The notes: a model not told the origin generated them from the letters alone. Positions 18,304-28,776 are shown, counted from the first letter of the stretch. The stretch is 64,000 nucleotides of DNA from an uncultured Pelagibacteraceae bacterium (GCA_902587735.1 CACIML010000001.1:1014-65013), one strand, 5' to 3'. Made by a program: numbers and translations.

Positions 18304-19545
18304 TTAACCACCAATAATAGATCCAACATTAAATATTGGAGAGTACATTGCAATCATAAGTCCGCCTATCATGGTACCCATAAATACAATCATAATTGGC
18401 TCTATCATGCTAGACATGTTTTCAACTGATGTATCAAACTCTTCTTCATAATAACCTGACACAGAAGTAAACATTTCATCTAGATTACCTGTTTGTTCTC
18501 CAACTGAAATTAGCTGGCTGAATGTTGGTGGAAAAACCGGTTCTTTTAAAAATAATTTTGTTAAAGTATCTCCAGAGAAAACTCCTTTTTTAACATTTTC
18601 TAAAGCTTGAGTTACAACATCGTTGTTGCTAACTGATTTTGCAATTTCTATAGCTTCTAATAAGTTTACGCCTGCGGCACTTAAGTTACCCATAATTAAA
18701 GCAATTCTTGCTAGCAAGGATTTTAAAATCATGTCTCCAAAAATTGGCATACCAATAACATACTTGTGCCATTTGTATCTAACTGCAGGAATTTTAGTTG
18801 TTGTATATTTAAATACTATAAAAGCTATCAAAGTAATTATACCTAAAGTAGCGCCTCCACTACCCCTCATAAAATTACTTGCTGTCATGATTACTGCAGT
18901 TGGTGTTGGAAGAGCAACTCCCATACCTTCATACATTTTAGCGAAAACTGGAACTACTTTAATTAACATGAACACCATTACAGTAATTGCAGTAGTAAAC
19001 ATTACAGCTGGATACATTAGAGCACCTTTAATTTTCTTTTTTACCTTTTCCCTTTTTTCTAAAGAATCTACTAATTTCAGTAAGAAAACATCCAGTTTAC
19101 CGCTAGCTTCACCAGCTTTTATTAAGTTAATATAAATATTATCAAAAATTTTTGGATATTTTTCAAAGCATTTAGAAAGTGTAACACCACCCTCAAGGCT
19201 TTTTCTAACATCTTCTATAATTTCCTTCATAGTTGGGTGTTCAATTTGATCTCTTAACATTGTTAAAACATTTAGAATTGGAAGACCTGCTTTGACCATA
19301 GTGGCAAATTGTTTGGAAAAAAGCATTACATCTTGTGGCGAAACCTTTTTTTTACCAAAAGAAAATCCACCACCTTTTTTCTTTTCTTTTGAGGTTTTTT
19401 TCTTCTTAGATTTAACTAAGTTTGTAATGATTATCTTTTGTTCTTTAAGTTTAAATGAAGCTTCTTCTTGATTTATGGCTTCAATGTCTCCTTCAACATA
19501 TTTTCCAGCCGAAATACCCTTATAAGTAAAAGTTTCAGATGACAT
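18304..19545 (-). CDS. pilC: Type IV pilus platform protein PilC
   Basis: T2SSF repeats: AGEASGKLD, ALMYP, VGEQTGNLD, IEP. Confidence 0.92.
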   Translation of the reverse strand: MSSETFTYKGISAGKYVEGDIEAINQEEASFKLKEQKIIITNLVKSKKKKTSKEKKKGGGFSFGKKKVSPQDVMLFSKQFATMVKAGLPILNVLTMLRDQIEHPTMKEIIEDVRKSLEGGVTLSKCFEKYPKIFDNIYINLIKAGEASGKLDVFLLKLVDSLEKREKVKKKIKGALMYPAVMFTTAITVMVFMLIKVVPVFAKMYEGMGVALPTPTAVIMTASNFMRGSGGATLGIITLIAFIVFKYTTTKIPAVRYKWHKYVIGMPIFGDMILKSLLARIALIMGNLSAAGVNLLEAIEIAKSVSNNDVVTQALENVKKGVFSGDTLTKLFLKEPVFPPTFSQLISVGEQTGNLDEMFTSVSGYYEEEFDTSVENMSSMIEPIMIVFMGTMIGGLMIAMYSPIFNVGSIIGG

Positions 19546-21314
19546 TATTGTTCCAGAGATAAGACACGTTCATACTCTCTGAAATTTAAATCTCCAGTTA
19601 ATATTAATTCACGTCCCATATCTTGCATAGTCCTAAAACCTTCAGCAAGGGCAATTTTTTTTAATTCTGGTGTTGTTGCTTTTCTAAGTATTGCTTCCTT
19701 AATTTGTTTTGTAACACTTAAAATTTCGTAAATACCCATTCTACCTTTATAACCTGAGTCTTTGCATTTTGGACATCCTTTGCCTCTTTGAACTTTTGCT
19801 CTTGAAGCCTGTTCAACAGTAAAACCAAATTCTGCTAACGCTTTAGGGCTTACATCTGGATCTGGTTCTCTGCACTCTATGCAGGTTTTTCTTGCTAATC
19901 TTTGGGCTAATACCAAACTTACAGCAGCACTTATTAAATAGTCAGGTGTTCCCATATTTTGTAATCTAGTAATTGTACTCGGAGCATCATTTGTGTGGAG
20001 TGTACTAAAAACTAAGTGACCAGTAAGTGCAGCTTTTAATCCTATATCAACAGTTTCTTTATCTCTCATCTCTCCAACTAAAATTATTTCTGGGTCTTGC
20101 CTTAAAAAAGATCGAAGTGCTCTTGCAAAATCATAACCAATATCATCTTTTATTTGTACTTGGCCCACACCATCTAATTCATACTCAACTGGATCCTCAG
20201 CAGTTAAAATATTTAAGTGTGGTTTGGATACTTCTTTAAGAATACTATAAAGAGTGGTTGTTTTACCTGATCCTGTTGGACCTGTGACCAGTACTAAACC
20301 TTGTGTTCCATGGATTGCTTTTCTTAAATTTTTTAAATCTGTTTCTTCAAAATTTAATTGTTCTAAACTAATATCACCTGCATCTTTATTTAGAATCCTC
20401 ATTACTATTCTTTCATTGGTAGCTGTTGGTAAAATAGAAAGTCGAAGATCGACTACTTTTCCTTCTATTTTAAAAGGAATGGCACCATCTTGAGGTAGTC
20501 TTCTCTCTGCAATATCAAGTTTTCCCATGATTTTAAATCTTGTTACTACTGCACCATAATTATCATGTAAAAATTTATTAAATTTTTCCTGTGATGTAAG
20601 CATACCATCTAATCTATAACGAACTCTGGATGAAAATCTGAATGGCTCAATATGAATATCTGAAACCCCTAGTTTAATTGCTTCAGCAACAACGGCTGTT
20701 GAAAATTTTATAACTTCCGATTCATTTTCAAGTGCTTCTATATCTTCTTCTGGTTTATTTTCTAGTACTTCGCCAGCTTCAGCAAGATCAGAATCAAAAG
20801 TTTTTGTTTTTTCTTTTTGTTCTTTTGCATTTTTTTCTTTTATAGACTTAATTGTTGTTTTGTTATCTTTTAATAACTTGTCAATAAAGTCTGAAATTTG
20901 AGAAACTTTGGCCGCGTGAAGTTCAATGTTTTTTTTTGTAATTGTTTTAAGATTTCTCATTAAACTTAATTTCGAAATATCAGAAATTGCAATATGAAGA
21001 GTTTTTCCATCAGGTTCAATTTTAAAAGGCGCAATAAAATTCATATTTATGTAATTTGCGGGTAAAATTTTTTGTAAATCTTTAGAGGCTTCCATTCCTG
21101 TTAAGTCAACAGTTTCTAATGATTGATCTTTAACCAATAAATCTAAAATTTTATCTTCATCAGTTAATTTAAGTTCAAAAACAGCTTCTAATTGTGATTT
21201 TTCTCCCTCATTGGATAATTTTTTGATATTTGGTAAATCTTTTCCTGAGATAACATCTTTATCAATTAAGATGTTAATTAGATTAACCTCAGACTCTCTA
21301 CTAATTTTTAGCAT
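19545..21314 (-). CDS. pilB: Type IV pilus extension ATPase PilB
   Basis: SDIHIEP, DIAERRLPQDG, GPTGSGKTTT, RQDP, STLHTN, two CxxC. Confidence 0.93.
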   Translation of the reverse strand: MLKISRESEVNLINILIDKDVISGKDLPNIKKLSNEGEKSQLEAVFELKLTDEDKILDLLVKDQSLETVDLTGMEASKDLQKILPANYINMNFIAPFKIEPDGKTLHIAISDISKLSLMRNLKTITKKNIELHAAKVSQISDFIDKLLKDNKTTIKSIKEKNAKEQKEKTKTFDSDLAEAGEVLENKPEEDIEALENESEVIKFSTAVVAEAIKLGVSDIHIEPFRFSSRVRYRLDGMLTSQEKFNKFLHDNYGAVVTRFKIMGKLDIAERRLPQDGAIPFKIEGKVVDLRLSILPTATNERIVMRILNKDAGDISLEQLNFEETDLKNLRKAIHGTQGLVLVTGPTGSGKTTTLYSILKEVSKPHLNILTAEDPVEYELDGVGQVQIKDDIGYDFARALRSFLRQDPEIILVGEMRDKETVDIGLKAALTGHLVFSTLHTNDAPSTITRLQNMGTPDYLISAAVSLVLAQRLARKTCIECREPDPDVSPKALAEFGFTVEQASRAKVQRGKGCPKCKDSGYKGRMGIYEILSVTKQIKEAILRKATTPELKKIALAEGFRTMQDMGRELILTGDLNFREYERVLSLEQ

Positions 21315-21315
21315 T

Positions 21316-22851
21316 TTATAAAATTCTTGGAGCTATAAACACCAATAATTCATTTAGGTTATCAGAATTTGACTTACCTTTAAAGAGATTACCTATTATA
21401 GGAACATTGCCAAGTCCTGGAGTTTGGTTCTTACTATTAGATAATTCATTCTTTTTAATTCCGCCAATTACAACAATATCACCATCTGCAACTAGTAATT
21501 TAGTAACTATTTCCATTTTGTTTATCGGTGGTTCATCAGATGCAGCTGCTCTATTAGGAGTGTCATTATTAACCTTTATATTTAACAAGACATTTCCATC
21601 TCCGATTATACTTGGTGTAACTTCTAACTTTAAAGCTGCTTCTTTAAATGAAGTTGATGTTGTTCCTTCAGACGTGGTTTGATACGGTATTTCTTCTCCT
21701 TGGGTAACTGTTGCTACTTGGTTGTCTAAAGTAAATACTTTTGGATTAGATATTGTTTTAGCCATACCTATGCTTTCAAGTGCTGTAATTTCTAATTTAA
21801 GTGCTGCTGAACCTGTTTGTCTTAAAATTCCAATACCACTTGTTGCGCCAATAGCTGGAAAACTTGTAATCGAGTCTGTGGAAGAACCTATAGCAGCTGA
21901 ATCAGTGTCCAAAGTTGCTTCTGAACTTGATCCTGTAATACCGCCCACTCTTTTTCCATTTCTAGTATAAAATCCACCCAATCTTGATCCAAGAGCTCTT
22001 TCAAATAGTGAGTTAGCTTCAACAATAAAAGCTTCTATTAAAACTTGTTTGGTTCTTACATCTATCTCTTTAATTACCTTATCAACAACATCTAAATCTT
22101 TTTCTTTACCTCTTACAATAATTGATCGTGTTGTTGATTCTTCTGTAACTTGTATGGGTGAATAAGATCCTTCACCGGTAGATGTAAATAATTCATCAAT
22201 AGTCGCTTTTGCTTGTGCAGGAGAAATATAATATAATCTAAATATTTCTGAATATATTGGTTCAACACTATCCTCCAACTCAACTTTATTCTTAACAGCA
22301 GCCGCTCTTTCAGATTTATATGATTCTTGCGAAGTCAATGTTTCAGGTGAGTGAATTCTAATCAAATTACTAGTAACATCTATGTCAGATGCATAATTTT
22401 TCATATCCAGCAAAGCTTGGAATGCTTTATCCCATGGAACATCTATTAACTCAGCGCTAATCGCTCCTGCTACTTCATCTCCAACCAAAACATTTATTTC
22501 TCCTATTTTACCCATCAATTTCATTGTTTCCTTAAAGTCTAAATTCTTAAACTTCAAAGTAATTCTTTGTTTTAATAATGGGAACGTGTCAGGAATTAAT
22601 AGATAATTTTTCTGAGCTTCAGATGATATTTTTTTTCTTTTTTTCAATTTTCTTGTGTCACCTTCTACAGGTTTAGGACCCATATCAAGAGTTTTTGAAA
22701 TTTCAGTTTTGCCTGTTTTTCTAATATCGTCTTTAATTAATGGTGTATTATGCTTAAATGGTTTATTCACATTTTTTAAATTTTGACAACCATTTAAAAA
22801 TGAAATCAAAAGTAATAAAACAAATAAATTAATAAATTTTTTAATATTCAT
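21316..22851 (-). CDS. pilQ: Type IV pilus secretin PilQ (lipoprotein-type leader)
   Basis: VPWDKAF, QVLIEAFIVE, QGEEIPY, PGLGNVPIIGNLFK, LLVFIAPRI; lipobox LNGC. Confidence 0.92.
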   Translation of the reverse strand: MNIKKFINLFVLLLLISFLNGCQNLKNVNKPFKHNTPLIKDDIRKTGKTEISKTLDMGPKPVEGDTRKLKKRKKISSEAQKNYLLIPDTFPLLKQRITLKFKNLDFKETMKLMGKIGEINVLVGDEVAGAISAELIDVPWDKAFQALLDMKNYASDIDVTSNLIRIHSPETLTSQESYKSERAAAVKNKVELEDSVEPIYSEIFRLYYISPAQAKATIDELFTSTGEGSYSPIQVTEESTTRSIIVRGKEKDLDVVDKVIKEIDVRTKQVLIEAFIVEANSLFERALGSRLGGFYTRNGKRVGGITGSSSEATLDTDSAAIGSSTDSITSFPAIGATSGIGILRQTGSAALKLEITALESIGMAKTISNPKVFTLDNQVATVTQGEEIPYQTTSEGTTSTSFKEAALKLEVTPSIIGDGNVLLNIKVNNDTPNRAAASDEPPINKMEIVTKLLVADGDIVVIGGIKKNELSNSKNQTPGLGNVPIIGNLFKGKSNSDNLNELLVFIAPRIL

Positions 22852-23290
22852 TTGTTTCCCTTATCTGATTATTAAAATCTATAATCATAAAAGTTTTATC
22901 TTCTTTTTGAAAAATGGCTTCAGTCAATCTTAAATCAACTAATTTTATATCGCCTAAATATTGAAAAAGTGAAAGTGTAATAACATCTCCTGAAGCATTA
23001 ACCAGTGAAATGTAGCTTTCATAGTTTCCAGAAATTAAACCTGCTAATTTATATTTATATAAACTCATTTCATTTTCCAATTCCTCTGGTTCTAAATCAG
23101 TTGTTGTATTGGAAAATGTAGTTGTGCCCTCATTTCCAGCAAAAGGATCATTCAGCGGAACTTCTTCTTCAAATTCAACAGTTGTATTTGTATTTTCAGT
23201 TCCAGAATCTGTGTCATGATTATCTGCAAATGTTATATTGCAAAATAAAAGTACAAATAAAATTATTATAAAATTTTTAAAAAAATTCAT
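22841..23290 (-). CDS. PilP-like protein
   Basis: Position between pilO and pilQ; DPF motif, YKLAGLI. Confidence 0.6.
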   Translation of the reverse strand: MNFFKNFIIILFVLLFCNITFADNHDTDSGTENTNTTVEFEEEVPLNDPFAGNEGTTTFSNTTTDLEPEELENEMSLYKYKLAGLISGNYESYISLVNASGDVITLSLFQYLGDIKLVDLRLTEAIFQKEDKTFMIIDFNNQIRETNEY

Positions 23291-23930
23291 CTGGTAATCC
23301 CACTATTGTTAACTCACCTGTTGCTATTATAGCTCCAGTTGAATCGTTTTGCACTATACTTATTGTTTCTTTATCAAAATTAAGCATTTTTTTAGATTTT
23401 GCTAAGGCTCTTTTGAACTTAATATAGCCTAAAAAATTCCCTTTTATTTCATATGTTACTGGAATTTTGTAATAAGAAACATTTTGCATTTCGGTCATAT
23501 TTTCAGCTTGTTCAGCAACACCTTCTTTTAATACGGCTTTTGGTTTTTTCTTCTCAATTTTTGATATAACAAGTCCGTTTACTCCAGCATATCTACTTAA
23601 ACTTTTATATAAACCTTCAACCTCAGCTTTTGAATGGAATAGCTTAGAACTCTCATTAAATTCTGGCTGTTTGTTCTTAATAGTTTTTTTATAAGTAGTT
23701 ATTTCTGTGTTCATCTGATTAATTTCTTCTTGTTTTAATACTTTGTCCTGAAATGTTTCTTTCTTTTTTTGAACTATAGGATTTAAGATAGAATAATAAC
23801 CAATTAAAAATATAAGAACTGCAAAAAAACCAGCTCCATATTTAATTAAAGTCTTTTTATCAATTGATTCTAATTTTGCTTTAATATCTTCTAGTTTTAT
23901 ATTTTTTAAATCTATGTTTTTTAAATCCAT
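23277..23930 (-). CDS. pilO: PilO-like alignment protein
   Basis: Single TM plus coiled coil; YYKIPV..EIKGNF. Confidence 0.75.
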   Translation of the reverse strand: MDLKNIDLKNIKLEDIKAKLESIDKKTLIKYGAGFFAVLIFLIGYYSILNPIVQKKKETFQDKVLKQEEINQMNTEITTYKKTIKNKQPEFNESSKLFHSKAEVEGLYKSLSRYAGVNGLVISKIEKKKPKAVLKEGVAEQAENMTEMQNVSYYKIPVTYEIKGNFLGYIKFKRALAKSKKMLNFDKETISIVQNDSTGAIIATGELTIVGLPDEFF

Positions 23931-26255
23931 TTAAATATCCTCCACAACACAGGCTATCCTGAAGCCTTTCATTTTTGGTTTTCCCGCTTCTTCGCCTTCA
24001 GGCAACATCATGCTTGCAAGGGAAGCTTGTAAAATTAATTTTTTAGAATTTAAATTATTTATAAGTTTTAAAATATCTTGGTCTGTAGATGCTATGCCTA
24101 CAATTACAATTTGATTTGATCCATCATAGTCAATTGAGTTAAATTTAACTCTTTTAGGCACTGCAGAAGCTATCTGTGCTAGTATTCTAAAGCTAAATTT
24201 TTTATTCGATTGAATTGATTGGCTCAGTTTTAAAGACTTAATTATAATTGCAACTTCTTTTGCATATTTATTTTTTTCTAAAGTTTTTAATTCGTGCTCT
24301 TGAACTACCTGGTCATAATCTGTTATTTTTTTATTTAAAGTTTGAATTTGCCAAAATGAAAAAGCAAATAAAATTACATAGATAGCTACGACTGCTCCAA
24401 CTACTCCTTTAAAAGCAAAGTTAGAAAAAATCTTTGCTTTCTTTTGTGCTATCATACTATGTCTATTAGGTAGCAAGTTAATATTTTTTACTGCAGTTAC
24501 AAATTTGTAGTAGCCAAACACATCAAGTTTTCTAAATGCTAATCCTATTACTGTTGAAAGATATGATCTGTTTTCTATATTAACTCTTTCTTCAATCTGA
24601 GCTGGAACTTTAATTTCTTTAATAGGATCAAATAAATTAAAACCAGTATTAACTAAATTTTTTCTAAAGCTTCCTAGATATGTATTGACGTTTTTTAAGT
24701 TTGAAACAACTCTTAAGCTACGAATTCTTTTTTCATATTTTGTTTCAAAATCTTGAATAGCTTGTTTTACTTGTGTGGTATATCTTCTAACTAAAGCATC
24801 CATCTCTTCTTGGTTATCTGAATTTAACAATGTAGTTCTATCCTGACCTCTAATAAAAATATCTGTAATGATTGGATTGTTTTCATATAATATCATTACA
24901 TAATTTTCATCTAATCCAAATTCTAATACTGCTGTTAAATTACTTTCTTCAATGGATCCACCGATTTGATTAATTTGGTCCACTGCAGATTTAAGTGCGA
25001 AACATTTAACATCAATTATCACTGCATTTAATCCACCTTTTTTAATTATAGATGTATAACTATTTATGTCTGATAATTTTGATGCAACAAATAAAATATC
25101 CATTGTGTTTGCAGTTTTATTTTTATTAATCACTTGATGAAAAATAGAATAGTCATTTAAATTATCTGTTAACTGTACTAAATTTTCCCAAAGTGAATCT
25201 GTATCAATTGCTTTTTTTAACTCCTCTTCATTCATTAAAGGTGCTGTAACCACTCTAATAATTGCACTAGTAACCGGAATTGCTATTGCCGCGTTAGTTG
25301 TGGTGATTTTTGATTTTTGTAATGCTACTTGAAGTTCTCCGGCAATTTTATCTGGATTTTCTAAAACAGTGGAATTATCAGGCAATCCTTCTACTGGATG
25401 AATAAAAAATTTATCTAAAACCCATTGATTGTTTTTATTATTAGATAATTGAGCTAATCTTATCTCTGTTGCAGCTAGTTCAACACCAACTATTTCTTCT
25501 CCTTGAACAGCAGATTTTCCAAGTTTTGCCTTAAAGAAACTTTCAAGTTTTTTTCTAATACCTTTTTTTCCTGATGATGAATTTTTTGCTACTGAATCTT
25601 GTTTCCCAAAACTTGGTTTTTTAAATTTAATATTTTTAAATTTTTCGAGAATGTTTGAAGCGGATTTTGTTTCTAAAGACTCTTTTTTAGGTTCTGCTTG
25701 AGTTGAAACAACATCTTCAGTGGCAAGTTCTGGTTTTTTTTCTGCTTCAGTAACAGATTCTGTTTGTTCAGATGTTTCTATTACTGGTGGCGTTGTCTGT
25801 TTTGGCGCGATAGAAGGTTGTTCACTTGTTGTTTGCGCTGTTTCTTGAGAAATTTTTTCTTCTTTTTCTTTACTTGCATGAACAAAATCAAACCACTTCT
25901 CTAATATCGGTATTGCATCATCTAGATTAGGAGTACCTGATGAAGAAATCTTTTGCTTTCCATCAATATATAGTCTGCCAACCCAATTTTTTGATTTTAG
26001 TTCACCTTTGTACTTATCTTGCCTTACATATATATGTAATCTTCCATCTTTTTTGTGAATTACTTCGTTTTCTTTTTTTTCTTCTACTTTAGATTGAACT
26101 TCAGTTTTATTTTCATCGTCAACGGTAGCAGAATCAGAAGATTCAGTAGTCTGACTTTCAGGTTTAGCAGATTCTCCTTCAAGTTGATCTTTTTCATTAA
26201 CAACTTCTTCTACTTTATCTTCTAAATTAATTTTATCTTTTTCTTCGTCGCTCAT
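23931..26255 (-). CDS. PilM-PilN fusion with acidic N-terminal extension and small integrase-arm-like domain
   Basis: Actin-like PilM (VGVEL, AIAIP, IIDV, IGLA) running into PilN (NINLLP, TM, coiled coil, IAS.VP..V). Confidence 0.85.
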   Translation of the reverse strand: MSDEEKDKINLEDKVEEVVNEKDQLEGESAKPESQTTESSDSATVDDENKTEVQSKVEEKKENEVIHKKDGRLHIYVRQDKYKGELKSKNWVGRLYIDGKQKISSSGTPNLDDAIPILEKWFDFVHASKEKEEKISQETAQTTSEQPSIAPKQTTPPVIETSEQTESVTEAEKKPELATEDVVSTQAEPKKESLETKSASNILEKFKNIKFKKPSFGKQDSVAKNSSSGKKGIRKKLESFFKAKLGKSAVQGEEIVGVELAATEIRLAQLSNNKNNQWVLDKFFIHPVEGLPDNSTVLENPDKIAGELQVALQKSKITTTNAAIAIPVTSAIIRVVTAPLMNEEELKKAIDTDSLWENLVQLTDNLNDYSIFHQVINKNKTANTMDILFVASKLSDINSYTSIIKKGGLNAVIIDVKCFALKSAVDQINQIGGSIEESNLTAVLEFGLDENYVMILYENNPIITDIFIRGQDRTTLLNSDNQEEMDALVRRYTTQVKQAIQDFETKYEKRIRSLRVVSNLKNVNTYLGSFRKNLVNTGFNLFDPIKEIKVPAQIEERVNIENRSYLSTVIGLAFRKLDVFGYYKFVTAVKNINLLPNRHSMIAQKKAKIFSNFAFKGVVGAVVAIYVILFAFSFWQIQTLNKKITDYDQVVQEHELKTLEKNKYAKEVAIIIKSLKLSQSIQSNKKFSFRILAQIASAVPKRVKFNSIDYDGSNQIVIVGIASTDQDILKLINNLNSKKLILQASLASMMLPEGEEAGKPKMKGFRIACVVEDI

Positions 26256-26277
26256 AAATTTTTAAAAATATAATTTT

Positions 26278-26635
26278 CTCTAACACAAATCATATGAATC
26301 TCTAACACAAATTAGAAGAATGTCTAACACAAAATTAAAAGTTGTATGCTCATATTGGGTCAAAATTAAAAAAAAGTGCAAATTAGATAATAAAATCAAC
26401 GTTTTTTTAAATTTTACAAAAAATATATATTTTTTGAATATTTTATAATTTTTTTGTTAACTCTAACACAAAAAGCAAAAACTCTAACACAATGTTAGTT
26501 TTTCAAAGAAAAATATTTTGTGTTAGAGTAAAAATAATTTTTAAAAAATTAAAAAACATAATAAAATCAACGTTTTTAGATTTTTCAACTTAAAATATAT
26601 TTTTTGTGTTAGAGTTAAATATCATTGTGTTAGAG
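26278..26635. repeat. Eight copies of 11-bp CTCTAACACAA, five forward and three reverse
   Basis: Forward at 26278, 26300, 26322 (GTCT variant), 26461, 26482; reverse at 26518, 26604, 26625; 21-22 bp spacing within clusters. Confidence 0.95.
26387..26577 (+). promoter_or_regulatory. 20-bp direct repeat with IHF-like site
   Basis: ATAATAAAATCAACGTTTTT at 26387-26406 and 26558-26577; one mismatch to WATCAANNNNTTR, A-tracts upstream. Confidence 0.55.
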
Positions 26636-26816
26636 TTTAATAATTTTTTTTAAATTTCAAAATATTAGAGTTTAAATTGTAAAATTATTTTTTTTTAAAA
26701 GTAAAAACTATCAAAATACCTTAGGTTGTAATTTGAAAACCTAAAAAATGGTAAATTTTTTTATAAAATTTCAATTATTAGTAGAAATTTAATTAAAAAC
26801 TACTTTTTTTTTATAA

Positions 26817-28046
26817 TTATACATTTTTAACAGTTGTCATCAGTATAAATCCTAAAATAAAAAAAATAGAAACTGAAAGGAAGCCAATCCTTTGAGAATA
26901 TAGATATGTTAAAGTTCCAACTGTTAATGGTCCAGCAAAGGCAGTTACACGTCCTGAAAAACTAAACAAACCAAAACCTTTTCCTAAATCATTTCTATTT
27001 AGCAAATTTGTCATCATTACTCTACTTGCACTTTGTATAGAACCAATAAAAAAAGAAATGACCATAACATTATAAAAAAATTCATTTTTTGTTTGTGCAA
27101 TCATAGATCCATAAAAGACTGTACCTGTTAAGACTGCGATACAAACTAAAATAATTATTTTGGAAGAAATTTTATCATTTAAATATCCACCAAGCAAAAC
27201 TCCAACGAAAGCAATTATGTTTCCAACGATTGCCAGTTTTAATAACTCACTTGGAGTAAAACCAAAAACACCTGAAGCATAAACACCACCACCTGCTATG
27301 AGTACAATTAAAGCATCAGAGTAAATCATTCTTGCTAAAAGAAATTTTCCAGTAGAAGTAAATTTATTTTGCCAAATTATTTCTATAATTTTTTTAAATA
27401 CTGGAACTGAGGTATAAGTTTCATCATAAAATATTTTTTTTTTGAAATAATAAATCATTGGTAAAGAAAAAAACAAAAACCAAAGCGCAACAACAATGGG
27501 AATGAATCTTATGTGTTCAAAATTATTTTTATCTAATCCGAAGGGAACTCTTTCAGGTAAAACAAATAAATATAATGTTAATAATATTATTGGAACAGAT
27601 CCAATGTAACCTAAAGCAAAACCAAAGCCAGAAGTTTTTCCAATATTATTTTCATTAGAACATTTTTTTAATAATGAATTATAAAATATAGATCCAACTT
27701 CGTAACAATAGTTTGAAATAAAAAAAATAATTAAAGTAAATAAAATATAATTTTGGTTTGGCTTCGCAAACCAGAAGAGGCAAGTTGTTAAGATACAAAG
27801 TAAAGTAAATATTTGTAAGAAATTTATTTTACCTTTAGGTTTTCTGTCAGCCAGAGCTCCAAGGAAAGGTCCGCTCAATGCAATTATGATTCCACAAATG
27901 CCAGCAGTCCATTGCCAATAAGCTGCTCCTATTTGTGGGTCACCAACAATTTGATTTGCGAAGTAAGCTGATGTTACAAATGTAATAATAATCATGGTAT
28001 AAGCTGAATTTGCTAGATCATACAGTGCGTAAAAAAATTTACTCAT
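26817..28046 (-). CDS. MFS transporter (UMF1/Atg22-like)
   Basis: YDLANSAY, LGALAD, FYNSLL, SGFGFALGYIG, QSASR. Confidence 0.85.
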   Translation of the reverse strand: MSKFFYALYDLANSAYTMIIITFVTSAYFANQIVGDPQIGAAYWQWTAGICGIIIALSGPFLGALADRKPKGKINFLQIFTLLCILTTCLFWFAKPNQNYILFTLIIFFISNYCYEVGSIFYNSLLKKCSNENNIGKTSGFGFALGYIGSVPIILLTLYLFVLPERVPFGLDKNNFEHIRFIPIVVALWFLFFSLPMIYYFKKKIFYDETYTSVPVFKKIIEIIWQNKFTSTGKFLLARMIYSDALIVLIAGGGVYASGVFGFTPSELLKLAIVGNIIAFVGVLLGGYLNDKISSKIIILVCIAVLTGTVFYGSMIAQTKNEFFYNVMVISFFIGSIQSASRVMMTNLLNRNDLGKGFGLFSFSGRVTAFAGPLTVGTLTYLYSQRIGFLSVSIFFILGFILMTTVKNV

Positions 28047-28048
28047 GA

Positions 28049-28594
28049 TTATTTTTTTATCTCCAATAAATATTCAAGCGCTCCACTCTTTTTCCATTTT
28101 TTAAGCAAAATACTTAAGTCTAAAGTAGTTTCTGTAACAAATTCTTTATAGATTGTTTTATACGCTGTACCAAGTTTAATTCCATCCTCAGTGTTATTAA
28201 GTAAAATATTTTTTTTACCTAGATTTAATACTTTTCTTCTAACTGTTTCTCTTGGAAGCTGAAGAACATCTGCAATACTCGCAAAAGTTAACTTGTTATT
28301 CTTTGCTTTTTTGTTTTTTCCAATCTCTGTCATTTGTTGTTCAAGTTCTGCAAATGTTTTAGTTCCTGATTTATTTATTTCATATAAAGAATGGCTAACA
28401 ACAACCTGAAGTATAACGAAGGATTCATAGTCTATCTTTAAATTTTCACGTACTCTTGTATATAAAGAGAGAATAAACATGACCCAATTGTAAAGTCCTT
28501 GAGAAAAAATAGGCTCTTTTTGACCTTTTTCTTTAACAGCTTCTTTAAAAGAAACCACTTTGTCTATGTTCATTGTAGCTTTTTCTAAACTCAT
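28049..28594 (-). CDS. Putative winged-HTH DNA-binding protein
   Basis: LTFASIADVLQLPRETVRRKV HTH; GGGGAG RBS before MSLEK. Confidence 0.65.
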   Translation of the reverse strand: MSLEKATMNIDKVVSFKEAVKEKGQKEPIFSQGLYNWVMFILSLYTRVRENLKIDYESFVILQVVVSHSLYEINKSGTKTFAELEQQMTEIGKNKKAKNNKLTFASIADVLQLPRETVRRKVLNLGKKNILLNNTEDGIKLGTAYKTIYKEFVTETTLDLSILLKKWKKSGALEYLLEIKK

Positions 28595-28776
28595 TTTAGT
28601 TTTTATTCTCCCCTTAATGGGTATGGTACAGCCTAAAATAGGCACAATCAATCCTTTATTAAAATCTGAATTTTAAGCTATGTTTATGAAAAATTCTCAA
28701 AAAATTGAAGTTTATAGTTGTTTTTTTTTCATTTAAAACAGTGAAAGTAATAAATATAAAGAGTAAAATATTAATT

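Noticed and set aside
18304-22851. Type II secretion system
   Set aside because: PilT, PilM/N/O, PilY1 and type IVa pilins indicate a type IVa pilus
26278-26635. CRISPR array
   Set aside because: Repeats are only 11 bp, occur in both orientations with ~10-nt or irregular gaps, and no cas genes are present
26256-26816. Chromosomal or plasmid replication origin
   Set aside because: No DnaA-box cluster or rep gene seen nearby; not fully excluded without GC-skew analysis
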